Shown here: positions 50,531 to 64,000 of the stretch, one piece after another
Layout: each line of letters starts with the position of its first letter
How positions within the stretch are numbered: the stretch's first letter is position 1
NCBI RefSeq assembly: GCF_004010195.1
Contig: NC_057755.1
Coordinates: forward strand, 8,255,082 to 8,319,081
Reading direction: 5' to 3'
DNA length: 64,000 nt
Source of the DNA: Chiloscyllium plagiosum
Taxonomy: Eukaryota
The notes under the pieces: model-generated
Seen by the model: only the letters and a program-made list of their open reading frames with translations
What the model was told of the DNA's origin: nothing
Databases searched by the model: none
Program-made: the position numbers and the translations under genes

Positions 50531-52830
50531 CACAGAGATTCAAGCAGGCGGAGAGATTATCCAAAAACATACCTGTCTATTATACCAGGATCAGAACTAT
50601 TTTGAAAGCACGGGGGTCATGTTTCAACATGTTTGTCATTGTTGTAGAATCCCTTGCCGTCCAATATTATCACTTGGCTCAAAACCTTTAGCTGCCTTGG
50701 TAGCTCTTTTGAACATCGAAACATTTCTTCAATGTAATGAGAGTTTCTGCTTCTATTACCTTTACAGACAGTGAATTCCAGGTTGCATAAACATTCTGGG
50801 TGTAAATTTGTTCCTGGTAGCTTCTTCAAACCTCCAACTCCTGAGCTTATGTAAATGCCCACACTCACCTGTCATTTTCCAGAACACATGCACCCTCCTC
50901 TCGTCATTTATATACCTCATGAAGTTGGTATTTTAACAGTCCTTTCGTCCTCCCAGCCTTGTCTTATTGTCATGGACACTGCATTCCCCTTGTACCCTGT
51001 TTACCATGATGGTGCAGAAATTGTGTTATTTCTAAAAGACTCAATATATTCCTCACATCTTGACAAAGAATCGGAAGGTCGGCAGTTTTGCACGGATCTG
51101 ATGAAAAACATTTTCATTCAGAGTGTGGTTGGGGATCTGGAAAGTACTGCCTGGGATAACAGTTTAAATGGGAACGCCTTCCCTAAATTGATGTCTCCTT
51201 TTCATTGATTCTCTGCCAACAATACACGTTTCTTGCTGAGTACCCTGTTTATGACCCACATGATTTCATGCATCTCAATTGTATCTCCATCAGCTTTTGT
51301 TTTCTTCGGAAAATAACCCCAATCTGTTCAATCGCTCATCATAACAACAACCAACCTTTTGTTGCTCCTGTCTAAACTGATAGACTCCCATTCACTTTAT
51401 TCTTTTTCGTGAAGCTGATTCTTCCAATTGAGCATTAATGTGCTGGCTGCTGTTCCTGACAACTTTTTAATTGTTTTGGGACTCTTCGTGTGGCATGGAC
51501 AAAATAGCACCCGCATTCATACAGAATGGCACATTAGTCATGCTAAACTAAAAGAATATATGTGTGCGTCATAATAAGTTTCTAAGTAAGAACAGGTGAA
51601 GGAATGTAAACTTTATTAGCGAAATCTCACGTCTGATTATCATATCTCTTGATTATCACCACCTCTCTCTTCCCAAGGCATGGCAACTGTTTGCTGATAA
51701 AATATGTGCCGAAATGTTTTCTCAAGGTTAGCAATCTTCTTGCTCCAGTCCTGAAAAGCTGCGCAGTAGCTTTCAGTAAATGAGTGAATCAAAAGAGTCA
51801 ATAAAAGTTCATCAATATTCTTTGATGATCATCTTTAAACACAGTCAGCTGCGGATAAGGAACATACTTCTTTTGTAATCATACCTGGGGTCATGTGGAT
51901 CTGTGATAGTGGACGTACCTCTGGGCCAGGAGAAACGGATTCCATTTCCACATTCTACAGAGATATAGGGTAATATATCTGAGCAAGTTGATTCTGGAAT
52001 GAATAAGGAGGGTACTTTTGATGCACTGGTAGTTTCCCTACCTTAGAACCTGAGGCCGCAGTTCATTATGCACCTGCTGCAAAGTTAAATAATGACATTT
52101 CAGAATAGTTTCACTACAAAATATTTAAAATATTTGTGTTACCCCGTCAGAACATTATATCAGTTTGAAAATCTCTCTGCTCACGCAGAGGAGGGATTGC
52201 ATTTATTGTATTGCAACAACAATATGTTAGGTGAAGTCTTTACAGTGCAAAAACAAATCGTGTTCATAAAAAGAATGCCCATACAAAAGCTACACAAAGT
52301 GTTCTCTACGGATTCTTCAGAAAGAAAATTGTCCGAACAACACAATGGAATTTAACATCTTTTAATTCGTCCTTGCATTTGTGAAAATACAGGCACTTTC
52401 CCCACTGCAGCAAAATATTTTAGCAAGATTGTGGTTTAAGACCTGAATGGACACTGGAACATCTTGCCCAGTTTGACTTTCTTCTCCGTATCCATCCTGA
52501 GATGCAAACTGGACCAATGTTGCAACATCTAACAGAACCTTCAATCGTTTGACATGACGTGACGTGACCTCCCTAGAAAAAAAAAGATTAGTGAATTGTT
52601 TCAATCTATACAAAATGCAGGGGGTGGACTATATACTTAAACTTGTGAGATTGCCTCGTGGGTCAGTTACCAACGTACTCATAGACAGGATATCTGCTTT
52701 TCATTGGATGGGAACGGGGAGGACTATTGGACGCTTTCGCAATGATGTCACATTCAGAGCAAAGCATTAAATCCGGCAACAAGGTAAGAGGTTTTGCAGT
52801 GTGCAAAGCAGTACCAAGTTGGGAAGGATA

Positions 52831-53704
52831 ATGTTCGATGCTGTTTCTCTGTATCTCCTGTTACTGCTGCTCGCAGGTATCCTTCCAGGCTTGTTTACCT
52901 ATTTGAGACATTCCTTATCCGCTTTTCATGCTGTGAGATGAACTTAGGTCAGTCAGATCATTTGCAAGTTTCGTTCTTGTTTAATTTCTTAAAAATAATA
53001 CATGTTGCAGTGGCATGAAGTTTCCAAATAAAACGCGGCACAGTACCCAAAACAGTGAGGGGCTGCGGTAACTTAGTCTTTCTCTCTATAGTGGAAAGAT
53101 GTGTTATTCTTTTGCAGCAGATGGATTTTGAAGCCTGTGAAATGTGGGAAACAGGATGATGTACTTAGATCTCCGCAAGCAATCGGCATTGCAGCCAATC
53201 GTGACAATATGGTTTGTGTTTCAGTATTGCTCTACCGTGACTGGGTGCCCAGAGATCTGTTGCTTTGACTGAGAATGTCAACGACTCGAGCTTTTATGAG
53301 TGGCTTTTATGAGGGTGGTGGTGTCATCTGTAAAAATAACCTCCTCGTTATAATAGCAAGCAGTTGGAAAATGACCACATCTGTTTTCCTGTTCCTCCTC
53401 AGCTGGCTGCAGGAGCACCTTTATACTCCAGTCGGAGAACACATTGTCTGTTGGAGAAGGGAGGACGGCGGAGATGCACTGTTCCCAAAACGATACTAGC
53501 CATAGCTACATGTACTGGTACCGCCAGCTAAGGGGAGCACGCCTGCAGCTCATAGCAACCTCGATTAATACAGCAGCACCCACGTTCGAAGAGGATTTCA
53601 AGGCAAGGTTTGAAGGCACCAGACATGATCTTAAATCATGCAGTTTAAAAATCCTTCAGCTGCAGACGTCTGATACTGCACTTTATTACTGTGCTGCCAG
53701 TGAT
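52831..53704 (+). CDS. TRBV: Apparently functional TCR beta V segment, family C (C4); exons 52831-52876 and 53403-53704
   Basis: Leader MFDAVSLYLLLLLLA G|GT, phase-1 intron, open V exon TFILQSENTLSVGEGRTAEMHCSQNDTSHSYMYWYRQ..DTALYYCAASD. Confidence 0.92.
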
Positions 53705-53743
53705 CACAGCAATACAAACAAGTGCAGGTCTGTTGCTAAAACC
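53705..53743 (+). other. 23-RSS of C4
   Basis: CACAGCA, 23 bp, GCTAAAACC. Confidence 0.88.
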
Positions 53744-55671
53744 GAGTGAGCAGATGCAAGCAGATGGATTGGAAACCTCGAGTTCACAACGTTCATAATT
53801 GCATCCATTCCTCACTGATAATTGCACCCTTTCATACAAACTGTATTGGCATAAAAATGTTGTCGAAGTAATAGCAGCGATTTACAATCCAATCAAAGAA
53901 TAAGGGACCCTGTTCATTTCTCGCCGAGCCGGGTAGATAGTCTCATGTAAAATAATAATTTGTAGGGGGCAGACATTCCATTATGACCGACTGTTGTGTT
54001 TTACGAAACTACTGTCTGTTTGAGTTTACAATTTATCCTTTTTAATCGAACCGCGAATTTAATCATGTTCAAATATATAGCTAACGCTCATTTGGCACAG
54101 TATAACAATAGAACCCAAATGATGCGGAAATAGACCATTCGGCCCATCGAATCTGCACTGAATCACTGAACACTGTCTCACCAGAGATCCGCTCTCCTAT
54201 TCCAATCACCGCGCATTTATAATGGCTAACTCACCTGCTCATTTCTGTGCAGTATTCGGTAATTTCGCACGGTCAATTCACTTAACCTGCATGCAATAAA
54301 CAATACAGGACTAGGAATAATTGAAACCCTTCTGGATGATCTCGACAGGGCACGATTCGCGCAATAAACCACTTCTGCCAGGTATCAACTGAGCAGTCCA
54401 CCTCTCCCCAGATGAGTTTGCTGATGTTTCCTTTTTGAATATGTATTGACCCAGCCAGCCTTTTCGCTTTTTATAACGTTGTGGCTCCAGGGCTTCCGAA
54501 TGGAGCTGTCTTCACGCTCCAGCTCAGTGAGGGACACCAGTTGATCTCGCTGGACGAGTTTACATGCAACTGCGGCAGAATTGATGGCACGAAGTGTTGG
54601 AAACTGAACGAAATTCCATCTCTGTTACCAATTGGTATCGTAGCCAAGTGTACTCCATTGGTATGGGACCTATTACATCTTCTGATAACTGGGTGTCCAT
54701 TCACGACTGCTCTTTTCGTTAACAAAGCAAGCTGAATCAGTGTGGTATTCATCATGTGCGTTGACAGGTAATGTCTCCTTATCTTCATTGATCGGTCTGT
54801 TTGTCAGTCTTCCTCAGTACTGCTTTCACGAAGGAATTATTTCCAAAGTGATTTGGAAATGAGAACAGTTGTATGTGCATGTTAGATGAAGGCCACCAAT
54901 AATTTAAGCTTTTATTTTTGCTGCTAGTGCAGTGACAACGATTAGCAGCTGACAGTGAAATCTCTTACGGCCTCTGGGACTTGCTCTTTTGAATGGATCA
55001 AGGACAGGTTTTAGCAGGCAAGAAGATCTGAAGTCTGAACAAAAGGCTGAACGTGGAGAAGTCTCAGACCTTGGTTCATTTTAAAACTGATCGCTATCAC
55101 AATGTTCAAAACAGACCCCGAGCAGTGCCAAAGCCTTCTGCAAAGTCATGTTGTGAGGAGAAATCATGGCAAAACTTCAATTTGCACCTTTAAAATTAAA
55201 TTCTCGCAGGACCCAGTGATGAAGCAGCAATGTGACAAGGCAATTGCCTCGTGGTCTTATTGTTTGATGATTAATCCAGATGTTTAGTCAATGTTCTTTA
55301 AAAAAAGGTTAGAATCCCACCACAGCAGCTCAGGTAATTTGATTACAGTCATAAACCTTAAATAACGGATAAACATAAATCTACTCTTCTTTGTCTGGAA
55401 AAAAAAAACATATGTTTCTCTAATGTTCTTCAGGACGGGAAAACTGCCCTCAAGACCAATGAATCTCAGTTGCCTGAAATGGCCTTGAAAGCACTTTTAT
55501 CAATCGTTACGGAGTCTGAAAGAAGTGAAACTGGACGAATCACCTTGCACTGAAATAAGGACTGAAAAACTGCAATAATCGTCCTGTCGAAAGTCCAACT
55601 CGACAGTGGCGATAAGATATCCAAAAATTAAGCTAGTCCAATTTGCCAGCAGTTGGTCCATATCCCTCAAA

Positions 55672-55895
55672 GTAGAAAGTAAGGACTGCAGATGCTGGAG
55701 ATCTGAGTCAAGAGTGCCGTGATGGAAGAGCAAAACAGGTCAAGGCCCAGCCGAGGAGCAGGAGAGTCGACATTTCGAGCATAAGTCGTTTATCAGGATC
55801 TTGGTGAATTAAGCCTGAAATATCGACTTCTGCTCTTCCTGCTCTTCGAATGCTGCCTGACCTGCTATGCTTTACCAAAACCACACTCACGACTT
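55672..55895. mobile_element. Fold-back Penelope-derived element
   Basis: Same family and head-to-head layout as 36415-36632 (gactgcagatgctggag..gaggagcagg / cctgctc..atgctgcctgacctgct). Confidence 0.68.
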
Positions 55896-55899
55896 TATA

Positions 55900-57710
55900 T
55901 CCCTCTAAATAATCATATTCAAATTATCATCCAGATGTATTTAAATGCAGTCATTATGTCAGCCTCCACCTCTAACATCTCATTCAATACACGCTCCACC
56001 TTCCGTGTGACAAAGTTGCCCCTTAGGTCCATGTTTAATCTTTCACTCAAAACGCATTTCCTCCAGTTCGGGAATCCGATATTCCAGGGAAAGCATTTTA
56101 TTTCTTTACTCTATTCACTCTCATCAGAACTTTCTAAATCTCTACAAGGTCACCATTCCACCTCTGGATTTCCGTAGAAAACAGCCCCAGCCATTTCAGC
56201 GTCTTCTTGCAGCTCAAACCCTTCAATCCAATCCTTGTAAATCCATTCTGAGCCTTTTTAAATTTTATAACGTCCTTTCAGACGGAGGGAAACGAGAAGT
56301 GCACACAAATTTCCGAAGGTTGCTGAACCAATGTCATGTACAGCTGCAACATGAACTCCTAACTCGTATTCTCAAAGCTCTGAACAATAAATGAAAGCAC
56401 ACCGACCGCCTTAATCACTATCCTGCGAGTCCACTTTCAAGGAAATATGAACCTGGAGTGCAAGGTCTCTTTTCTCAGCAACGATACCCAGGACCTTACC
56501 ATTAAGTCCTGCCATGATTTGCCTTTCAAAATGCAACACCTCATATTTATCAAAATTAAAGACCATCTGCCACTCCTCGGTCCATTGGCCTACTCGATCA
56601 AAATCCCTTTGGACCCTTTGTGGGCGGCACGGTGGCACAGTGGTTAGCACTGCTGCCTCACAGCGCCAGAGACCCGGGTTCAATTCCCGCCTCAGGCGAC
56701 TGACTGTGTGGAGTTTGCACGTTCTCCCCGTGTCTGCGTGGGATTCCTCCGGGTGCTCCGGTTTCCTCCCACATCACAAAGATGTGCAGGGTCAGGTGAA
56801 TTGGCCATACTAAATTGCCCGTAGTGTTAGGTATAGGGTAAATGTAGGGGTATGGGTGGGTTTCGCTTCGGCGGGTCGGTGCGGACTTGTTGGGCCGAAG
56901 GGCCTGTTTCTACACTGTAATCTAATCTAAGTTAACCTTCTTCGCTGTCAATTGCACCTCCAATTTTGGTGTCATCTGCAAAATTACTAACTATACCTCC
57001 TATATTCACATCCAAATAATTGTTTAACAAATAACGAAAAGTAGTAAACCCAGCTCTGATCATTGTAGTACACTACTAGTCATAGGCCTCCTGACTGGAA
57101 GGTAACCCTCCACCACCACTGTCTGTCTTCTACCATCGAACCAATTTTGCATCCAAGTGGCTAGTTCTCCCTATATTACAGGTGATCTAACCTTGCTCGC
57201 CAATTTACCAAGACGAACCTTGTGAAATGCCTTACTGAAGTCTGCAAAAATCACGTCCACCGGTCTGCCCTCATCAATCCTCTTTGTTACTTCTTAAAAA
57301 GTCTCAATCGAGTTAGTGCGATATGATGACACACGCACAAAGCCATGTTGGCAACATTTCCCTGGCATTTTCTTACCACCTTCCTTAAATAGTGACAACA
57401 CATGAGCCAACCTCCAGTCATCCGGCACCTCAGCTGTGACCATTGATGAAATAGATATCTCAACAAGGGGCCCAGCAATCAATTTTCTAGCTTTACAGAG
57501 AGCTCTAGGATACATCCGATCAGTTCCTGAGAATTTATCCATCTTTATGCGTTTTAAGAAATCCAGCATCTCCTTATGTGTCGTACTGTCAATTTTTAAG
57601 ATGTCACTACCTATTTAGCCATATTTTATTTCTTCCATGTCCTTCTCCACAGTAAACACTGATGCAAGATATTCATTTACTCTGTCCCCCATCTCCTGCG
57701 GTTCTACACA
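55900..57710 (-). mobile_element. CR1 LINE fragment interrupted by an HE1 SINE
   Basis: WQMVFNFDKYEVLHF and VPDDWRLAHVLSLFKEG. Confidence 0.8.
56622..56930 (+). mobile_element. Full-length young HE1-type SINE
   Basis: tRNA-like A and B boxes (tggcacagtgg, ggttcaattccc), V-SINE core and taatctaatctaa tail. Confidence 0.9.
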
Positions 57711-58315
57711 TTTGGGGTGAGTGCAAAAATTGCGAGAGATGTCTCACAGCCTAATCGACAGGTGATATAATAATGCTCCTTGGATCAATCCTTACCGACA
57801 ATATCGCAGAAACTACCATCATTTTCTGTGGATAGGACCTGTCCCACTTGCAAGACAGGCCCACCAGAGTTGCACGCACAGTGATACACAGTCCACAGGG
57901 AGTTGCTCTTGGTGTCCTTGACGTTAGCTCTGGACGGCATGCATTCTCCAGGCTTTGAGTAAAATATGACCAAGGATATCTCCCGATGATTACCCCATAC
58001 TGTCCTCACTAGGCTGATGAATTGGTGCTCCTCAATATTGACCAAAACTTGGAAGAAAATAGACACATGTAAATCGTTTCAATTTGAAATAACCAAAGTT
58101 AGTTTGGATATATCACTAACGTTTCGTGACTACCTTGTTGTCAGTTACTTTTGTACAAAATTTAAAAACAAGTGTCTGTTTTTTACATAAATTGGATCAA
58201 GGGAGGTTTATTGGGCGTTCTCATGATTATGTCATGTTCAGTGCTAAGTGTTAAATCCAACTCCAGGGCTAGTGGGTTTGCAATGTGTGAAAGCTGTACC
58301 AACTTTGCAGGGACA

Positions 58316-59246
58316 ATGTTTGATGCTCTTTTCTGCAATCCCTGTTACTGCTGCGTCCAAGTAAACTTACAGCCTTGCTGAAATATGTGAGCCTGTCTTA
58401 ATCCACTTTTAGTGTCATAGATGAACTTCGATCAGTCAGACCACATGCAAGTTTTGTTCTTGTTTATCATCGGAAAAAAAGGTATTGCCTTTTTGGGGAA
58501 TGTTTTGCATGGCCAGCGAAGAATCTATAATTGTCCCTTATGAAAGGGATGTAGATAAATGTTCAAATTTGCATTATTTGTAGGATCTGTGATAATACAG
58601 AGGGCATTCAAATAGGAAATTGTCTCAAAATTGCACAGAGAGCAGCAGCAATTGGGCAAATAGTCTGTTTGAAGCTGCATTGTTCTCTTTTGCAAGTGTC
58701 TTCCTTTTGTTTTTGATCAGCATTTTTAAGTCCCTGTCTCTTGCTCAGAGACTGGAAGTGGCAAATGCCAAGCGTCCAAATAGCCTGGCACAATCTTTCT
58801 GTCTCCATAATGGGTGGATTTCGTGCCTTTGTGAAGCAGGGGACATTTAAAAGTGTGTGGAACATGTGAAATCAGAGGTTACACCCGGGTCTCCGGTGTA
58901 ATTGATGTTGCATCTCAAACCAATTCTTTGTCTTTCCATCTTCGTTCTTTAGCGACTTGAAAAAGTGTCCTCATCTCCCAGTGGCCAGAGCATTTGTCTC
59001 TGCAAAAAAGGAATACAGAAGAACTGAACTGCTATCAAAATGATACTGGCAATAACAACATGTACGGCAACTGCTAGCGCAGTGGAGCAGGCCTACAGCT
59101 CATAACAACCTCGATTGGGACTTCAGCACTTATGTTCGAGTATGATTTCAAGGCAACATTTGGAGGCAACAGGTTCAAACTTGAATCGTACAACTTGAAA
59201 ATCCTGAAAAAAGCTGGAGTTATCTGATACTGTCGTTTTTTTCTGC
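58316..59246 (+). pseudogene. TRBV: TCR V pseudogene, family C (C5)
   Basis: Leader 58316-58360 is 1 nt short. V exon from 58953 has TGA at 58958, the Trp is lost, a TAG follows, and the coding end and heptamer are deleted. Confidence 0.88.
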
Positions 59247-60067
59247 AAACACTTCTACTGTTCATGAAAAAACATAGCGAGCAGTTAAACTGTGAGCAGA
59301 TCAATTGGAAAGCTCGAGTGAACAACGCTTCAAATTACAGCCGCTCCTTGCTGATGTTTGCACGCGTTCTTACAAGCATCCATTTACCCATTTAGATGCT
59401 CTTCACTGTCCAATCGAAGATCAAGTGCCCCTCTCCAGCAACAGCTGAGCAGAAGACATAGTGTTATGTAGAGTAAAGGGACCTCGATTATTCAGCATTC
59501 GGGTAATGCAAATATCTATTCATCTGACAGCAATGCAAGGTCCCGAAGTTTGGCTAAACTATGTTATCCGGTATTCCATTTTCCGGAATTGGATTAACCA
59601 AACGAAATACTCCCCCCATGTCCTTCAGATGCTCAAAGTTCCGCTAATTGTAGAGGACAAAGGGTTCCATTGGGGGAAATGTATTATTTTCTAAAATGCT
59701 TCCTGTTTCATTTTGCAAATTATCAGTTCTGAGGGACCTGCTAATGTTAACGTGTTCCAAATATATTTAATGCTCATGTGACACAGCGGATTCTGAGCTC
59801 CCATGCAGTGAGGAAATAGACCATTCGGCCTGTCGAGCTGTACTGACGCTTGAAAGACCATCCCAGCCGAGACCATGAAACCCACTTTATTCCTATAACT
59901 CCGCATTTCCAATGGCCGCCCACAGGCACATTTCAGGACACCACGGTAATGTTTAGCATACTAATTCACCTTACCTTCACATCATAAAGAATGCAGGAGC
60001 AGGAATGTTTGGAGCGCCTTCGGGAAAGTCTCGAAGGCACAATTTGCAGAATGCCCTTTTCTGCCAG

Positions 60068-61865
60068 GCATAGAACATGGAAAATCGAAAAGCACAGAAC
60101 AGGCCCATTGGCCCACGATGTTACGCCGAGGATTAATCCTAATGTATAATGTAACAACTTAACCTATGCCACCTGCAACTCACTGCTATCCATGTGCATG
60201 TCCAACAGTCGCTTAAACGTCTCTAATGACTTTGCTTCCACCACCACCCCAGCAAGGCATTCAATGCATTCATAAATCTCTACGTAAAGAACCTGCCTCT
60301 GATGACTCCTCTGTATCTATCTCCTAATATCTTAAAACTATGACCCCTCATACCAGTCAATCTTGCCCTGGGAAAAGTCTCTGGCCATTGACTCTATCTA
60401 TTCCACTTACTATGTTGTATACCTCGATCAGGTCTCCACTATTCCTCTTTCTCTCCAGAGAGAAAAGTCCGAGCTTATTCAATCTTTCTTCATAAGGTAA
60501 GCCCACCAGTCCAGGCAGCATCCTGGTAAACTTACTTTGCACCCTCTCGAAAGCCTCTGTATCTTTCGTAGAGTAGGGTGACGAAACCTGGACACAGTAT
60601 TCCAAGTGTGGTTTCACCACGGGCTTATAAAGCTATAGTAAAACCCTCACGGCTCTTAAACTCGACCCCTGTTAATTAGAGGCAAAACACCATATGCTTC
60701 CTTAACAACCCCATCAACTTGGGTGGCAACTTTGAGGGATCCATGTAATTGCAAACCCAGGTCCCTCTGTTCCTCCACAGTGCCAAGAATCCTGTCTTTA
60801 ATCCTATGTTCAGCATTTGAGTTCGACCTTCCAAAATACATCACTTCGCATTTATCCAGGTTGAACTCCATCTGCCATTTCTCAGCCCTGCTCTGCATCC
60901 TGGCTATGTCACTCTGCAGCCTGCAGTAGCCCTCGATAGTATTGACGACACCTCCAATCTTTGTGTCATCTGCAAATTTACTAACCCTTCCCTCAACCTC
61001 CTCATCGAAGTCATTTATAAAACCTACAAAGAGCAGAGGCCCAAGAACAGAGCCCTTCGGGCCCCACTCAACACTTACCTTCAGGCAGAATACTTTCCAT
61101 TTACATGCACTGTCTGCCTTCTGAATCCAGATAGCCAAATCTCCCTATGTCCAATTCGGAATCCAGATAGCCAAATCTCCTTATATCCAGTACTTCCTGA
61201 CTTTATGGATGAGCCTACCATGTGAAACCTTATCAAATGCCTCGATTAAGTCCATATACACCCCATCCACTACTCGAACTTCGTCGGCCTATCTTGTCAC
61301 CTCCTCAAAGAACTCAATAAGATTTGTGAGGTCTGACCTGCCTCTCACTAAGCCATACTGACTACTTGTAATCACACTAAGCTTTGCCAAATAATCATAA
61401 ATCTTGTCCCTAAGAATTCTTTCCAAAGCTTTGCTGACTACAGACGTAAGACAGACTTGTCTGTAATTGCCAGGTATTTCCCTATTAACCTTCGATAAAA
61501 AGAAACAAACAACTTTTGCCTCCTTCTAATCCTCTGGTACGACTCCCATCGAGAGTGAGGAGGCAATGATCCTCACCAGCGGCTTAGCAACCTACTTTCT
61601 CGCTTCCCAGAGAAGCCTAGGATAAATCTAATTTGGCACTATGGACTTATTAAACTAAATGTTTTCCAAATTTCCAGCACATCAACTTCATCAGTCTTGA
61701 TTTGGTCAAGCCTGTATCCAGCTCCTCAAAGTTTTCATTCACAACAAGGTCTCTTTACTTAGTGAAAACCGAAGCAAAAGCCTCATTTAGGGCTTCCCCT
61801 ATCTGCTCTGCCCTTTCTGTGGTACAATTGCTCCCAGTCTGTACTTCCTGTCTGATAGCATCAAA
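60068..61865 (-). mobile_element. CR1 LINE 3' part, same subfamily as 22646-27225
   Basis: GSVLGPLLFVGFINDFDEEVEGRVSKFADDTKIGG. Collinear with about 22646-24790, with an internal deletion near 61808 and a short tandem duplication at about 61122-61190. Confidence 0.9.
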
Positions 61866-62699
61866 TTAACATTGTGCATACACCCACACATATGTATTGA
61901 CCCAGTCAATCTGTTCCCTCTTTCTCATGGAATGGTTCAAGTGCTTTGGCATGGCACTGTGATAGCCCAACTCAATGAGGTACACCAGGCAGTCTCACTG
62001 GACTGGAAAATGATGCAACTGCGGTAGAGTTGTTGGCGTAGAGTGTGAAAAACCGACCGAGATACAGCCTCTGAGGCCAGCTGCATTCCTTTGGCATAGG
62101 AACTCAGCAACTGTTGGGTGTTTAGCCATGACAAAGCAAGCTGAACACGTGTCGTATTTTTCATGTATACTGAAAGGAAATGTTTCACCGTCCTCGTTGT
62201 AGCAGTACTTGTTTGATCAGTCTGTTTCTCAGTCTTCCTCTGTACTGGCCTCTCCAATGGTTTCGAAAACAGAAGCCCTGGAGTGGTATGTAACTGAAGG
62301 ACACTTATGACTAAATCATGTTCTTGTCTTGCTCATGTTTTAGCAGAGTCGCAGCTAGGAAAACGTGAGGACTGCAGATCATGGTCTAAGTGCGTGTCGC
62401 TGGAAAATTACAGTCGCTCAGACAGCATCCGAACAGTTGCGGCTCGCTGTAAGCTCCTTTACTACCTCTGCCATCTGCCTTTTAGGATGGTTTCAATGAC
62501 TGGTTTAAGCTTTGAATTGGAATTAGGGCCTGAAGAAATGGCTGAACTTTGGAAGGTCTGAGGCAGCGGTTGCTTCCTTTCATTACTAAACTGTTGCTGA
62601 TCCCAAAGACCAAAAGTGGCTTGGTGCACTTGCAGCTTTCAAAACGAACAACTTGTTTATCGATGTGGCTCGTCTCAGTTCGTGATGACCAAGATTCAG

Positions 62700-64000
62700 T
62701 TCCCCAAGCAGCAATAAAGCGACTCAATGGCCCAGTCATATTATTTCTAGATTATTAATCTAGAAATAAGCTGTTGTTCTGGGGACCTGGGTTCGATTCA
62801 GTTCTCCCTTCATTATTTCATCTGGCCTTCACGTGATACCAGAGCTACAGAAATGTTGTTGCTCTCAATTGAAGCCTGTAATTACTGAGTGAGCCATTGT
62901 GTTCGAGCAATCGCTACGAAGTCTCAAAGAAATGGAAACAGATGGATCACCTGCTCTGACCTAAAAACAAACCCTGCAGAAACATCCCTGTTGAACCTGC
63001 AAATTTCTGCATTCTGATATCTGGGTGATAGCATTAAAATTGGGAGAGCTGTCTCACAGACTAGTCAATAACTTTGCAGAGACATAATCATTGCCACAAC
63101 CACCACATCGCCATTCCTGAATTTGTCCTTTTCACTGGTAGAACAGATCCTACTACCTTAACATAACAGTGGTATTCAGTGGTATTCAGTGGTATGAGGA
63201 AGATGCACTAGAATTTCTTGACTTCAGCTCTCGACCCCATGAAATCTCATGACTTTGGGTTAACTATGGACAAAGAAACGTCTTGCAGGTACAACATACC
63301 ATTCTCCCTCGGCTGATATATCAGTGCTTATCAATGTCCGAGAACACATGAACAATACGCTGAGGATAGCAAAGGCGTAAGATGTACTCTGGATGCGGGT
63401 TTGCAATTAGCATCAACAAGAGTTGTTCGGCAGCAGTTCTAACATATAAAAGAAAATATAGAATAAAATATATAGCTGCTAGGTTGGGTCCGAAACAAGT
63501 TGTGAAGTAACCAACAAGAGGAAAAAAAATAAACTTGAAATCATTGTTATCAATCTACCGATTACAAATGCTTGCGTCCATAAAAGTATTAGTTAGAGTG
63601 ACCACTAACAGTCTTAGTAGATACAAAGTCCTGCCTTCACATTGCAAATAACCTCCAATTGGTTGTGTGATGCTATCAATATGTTACATTTTAAAAATAT
63701 TGAACAGGTCTCGCAACCATGACGCACTGTATGCTATCAACAGCTTCAGTGTTGTCTTCAAACACAATCTGCAACCTCACGATCCAGCATGTCCACCATT
63801 CAACCATTACCACTGAGACAAGGGATAAACACGAGTTCAATGGAGAGTGCAGGAAATTGTGCCAGAAGCAGCACGAGACATACCTGAGAATTAGGTGTCA
63901 ATATTGTGACTCTACACACGGGTCTTCATGAATGCCAAGCCACTTAATCTGCAAGCGACAGAGAGGGCTAAGCAATTCCACAATCAGCAGAGCAGATTTA
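62700..64000 (+). mobile_element. Old LINE with Deu/SacSINE-like 5' part, running off the window
   Basis: Homologous to 39820-41330 (gggagagctgtctcacagactagtcaa, gaccccatgaaatctcat). Confidence 0.55.

Noticed and set aside
56622-56695. tRNA gene
   Set aside because: It is the tRNA-derived head of an HE1 SINE and continues into the SINE core and tail.
1-64000. NAR-TCR, IgH-like or TCR delta V segments; D, J or C segments
   Set aside because: The V motifs and promoters fit TCR beta, and I saw no FGxG J segment, flanked D segment or C exon. This was by eye; a BLAST against shark TR sequences would settle it.

Overview
Eukaryotic DNA from a cartilaginous fish; the HE1-type SINEs, CR1 LINEs and Penelope remnants point to a shark, probably a carpet shark (inference). 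The window is part of the germline V array of a T-cell receptor locus, best read as TCR beta. It holds ten V exons, all on the + strand, in three sequence families (my labels): A (four copies, 2.2-13.4 kb), B (one, 32.1-32.6 kb) and C (five, 37.6-59.3 kb), plus one orphan leader at 34.4 kb. Nine V exons end in an intact or degenerate 23-spacer RSS; C5 has lost its heptamer. Three genes look fully intact (12513-13385, 37588-38301, 52831-53704), two have open V exons with missing or defective leaders, and five are pseudogenes. I saw no D, J or C segments. The rest is duplicated cassette flank and nested retroelements. Most notable: family-specific promoter motifs (ETS:RUNX in A, CRE-type Vbeta decamer in C); joint loss of the Arg/Asp pair plus a CDR3 Cys in family A; a CDR2-limited conversion patch; a leader deletion sealed by an inverted templated insert; a chimeric intact V gene; a near-full-length CR1 with a candidate 5'UTR intron and tandem monomers; and Penelope hammerhead ribozymes. 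I found no clear wholly new biological system. All alignments were done by eye and repeat boundaries are approximate.
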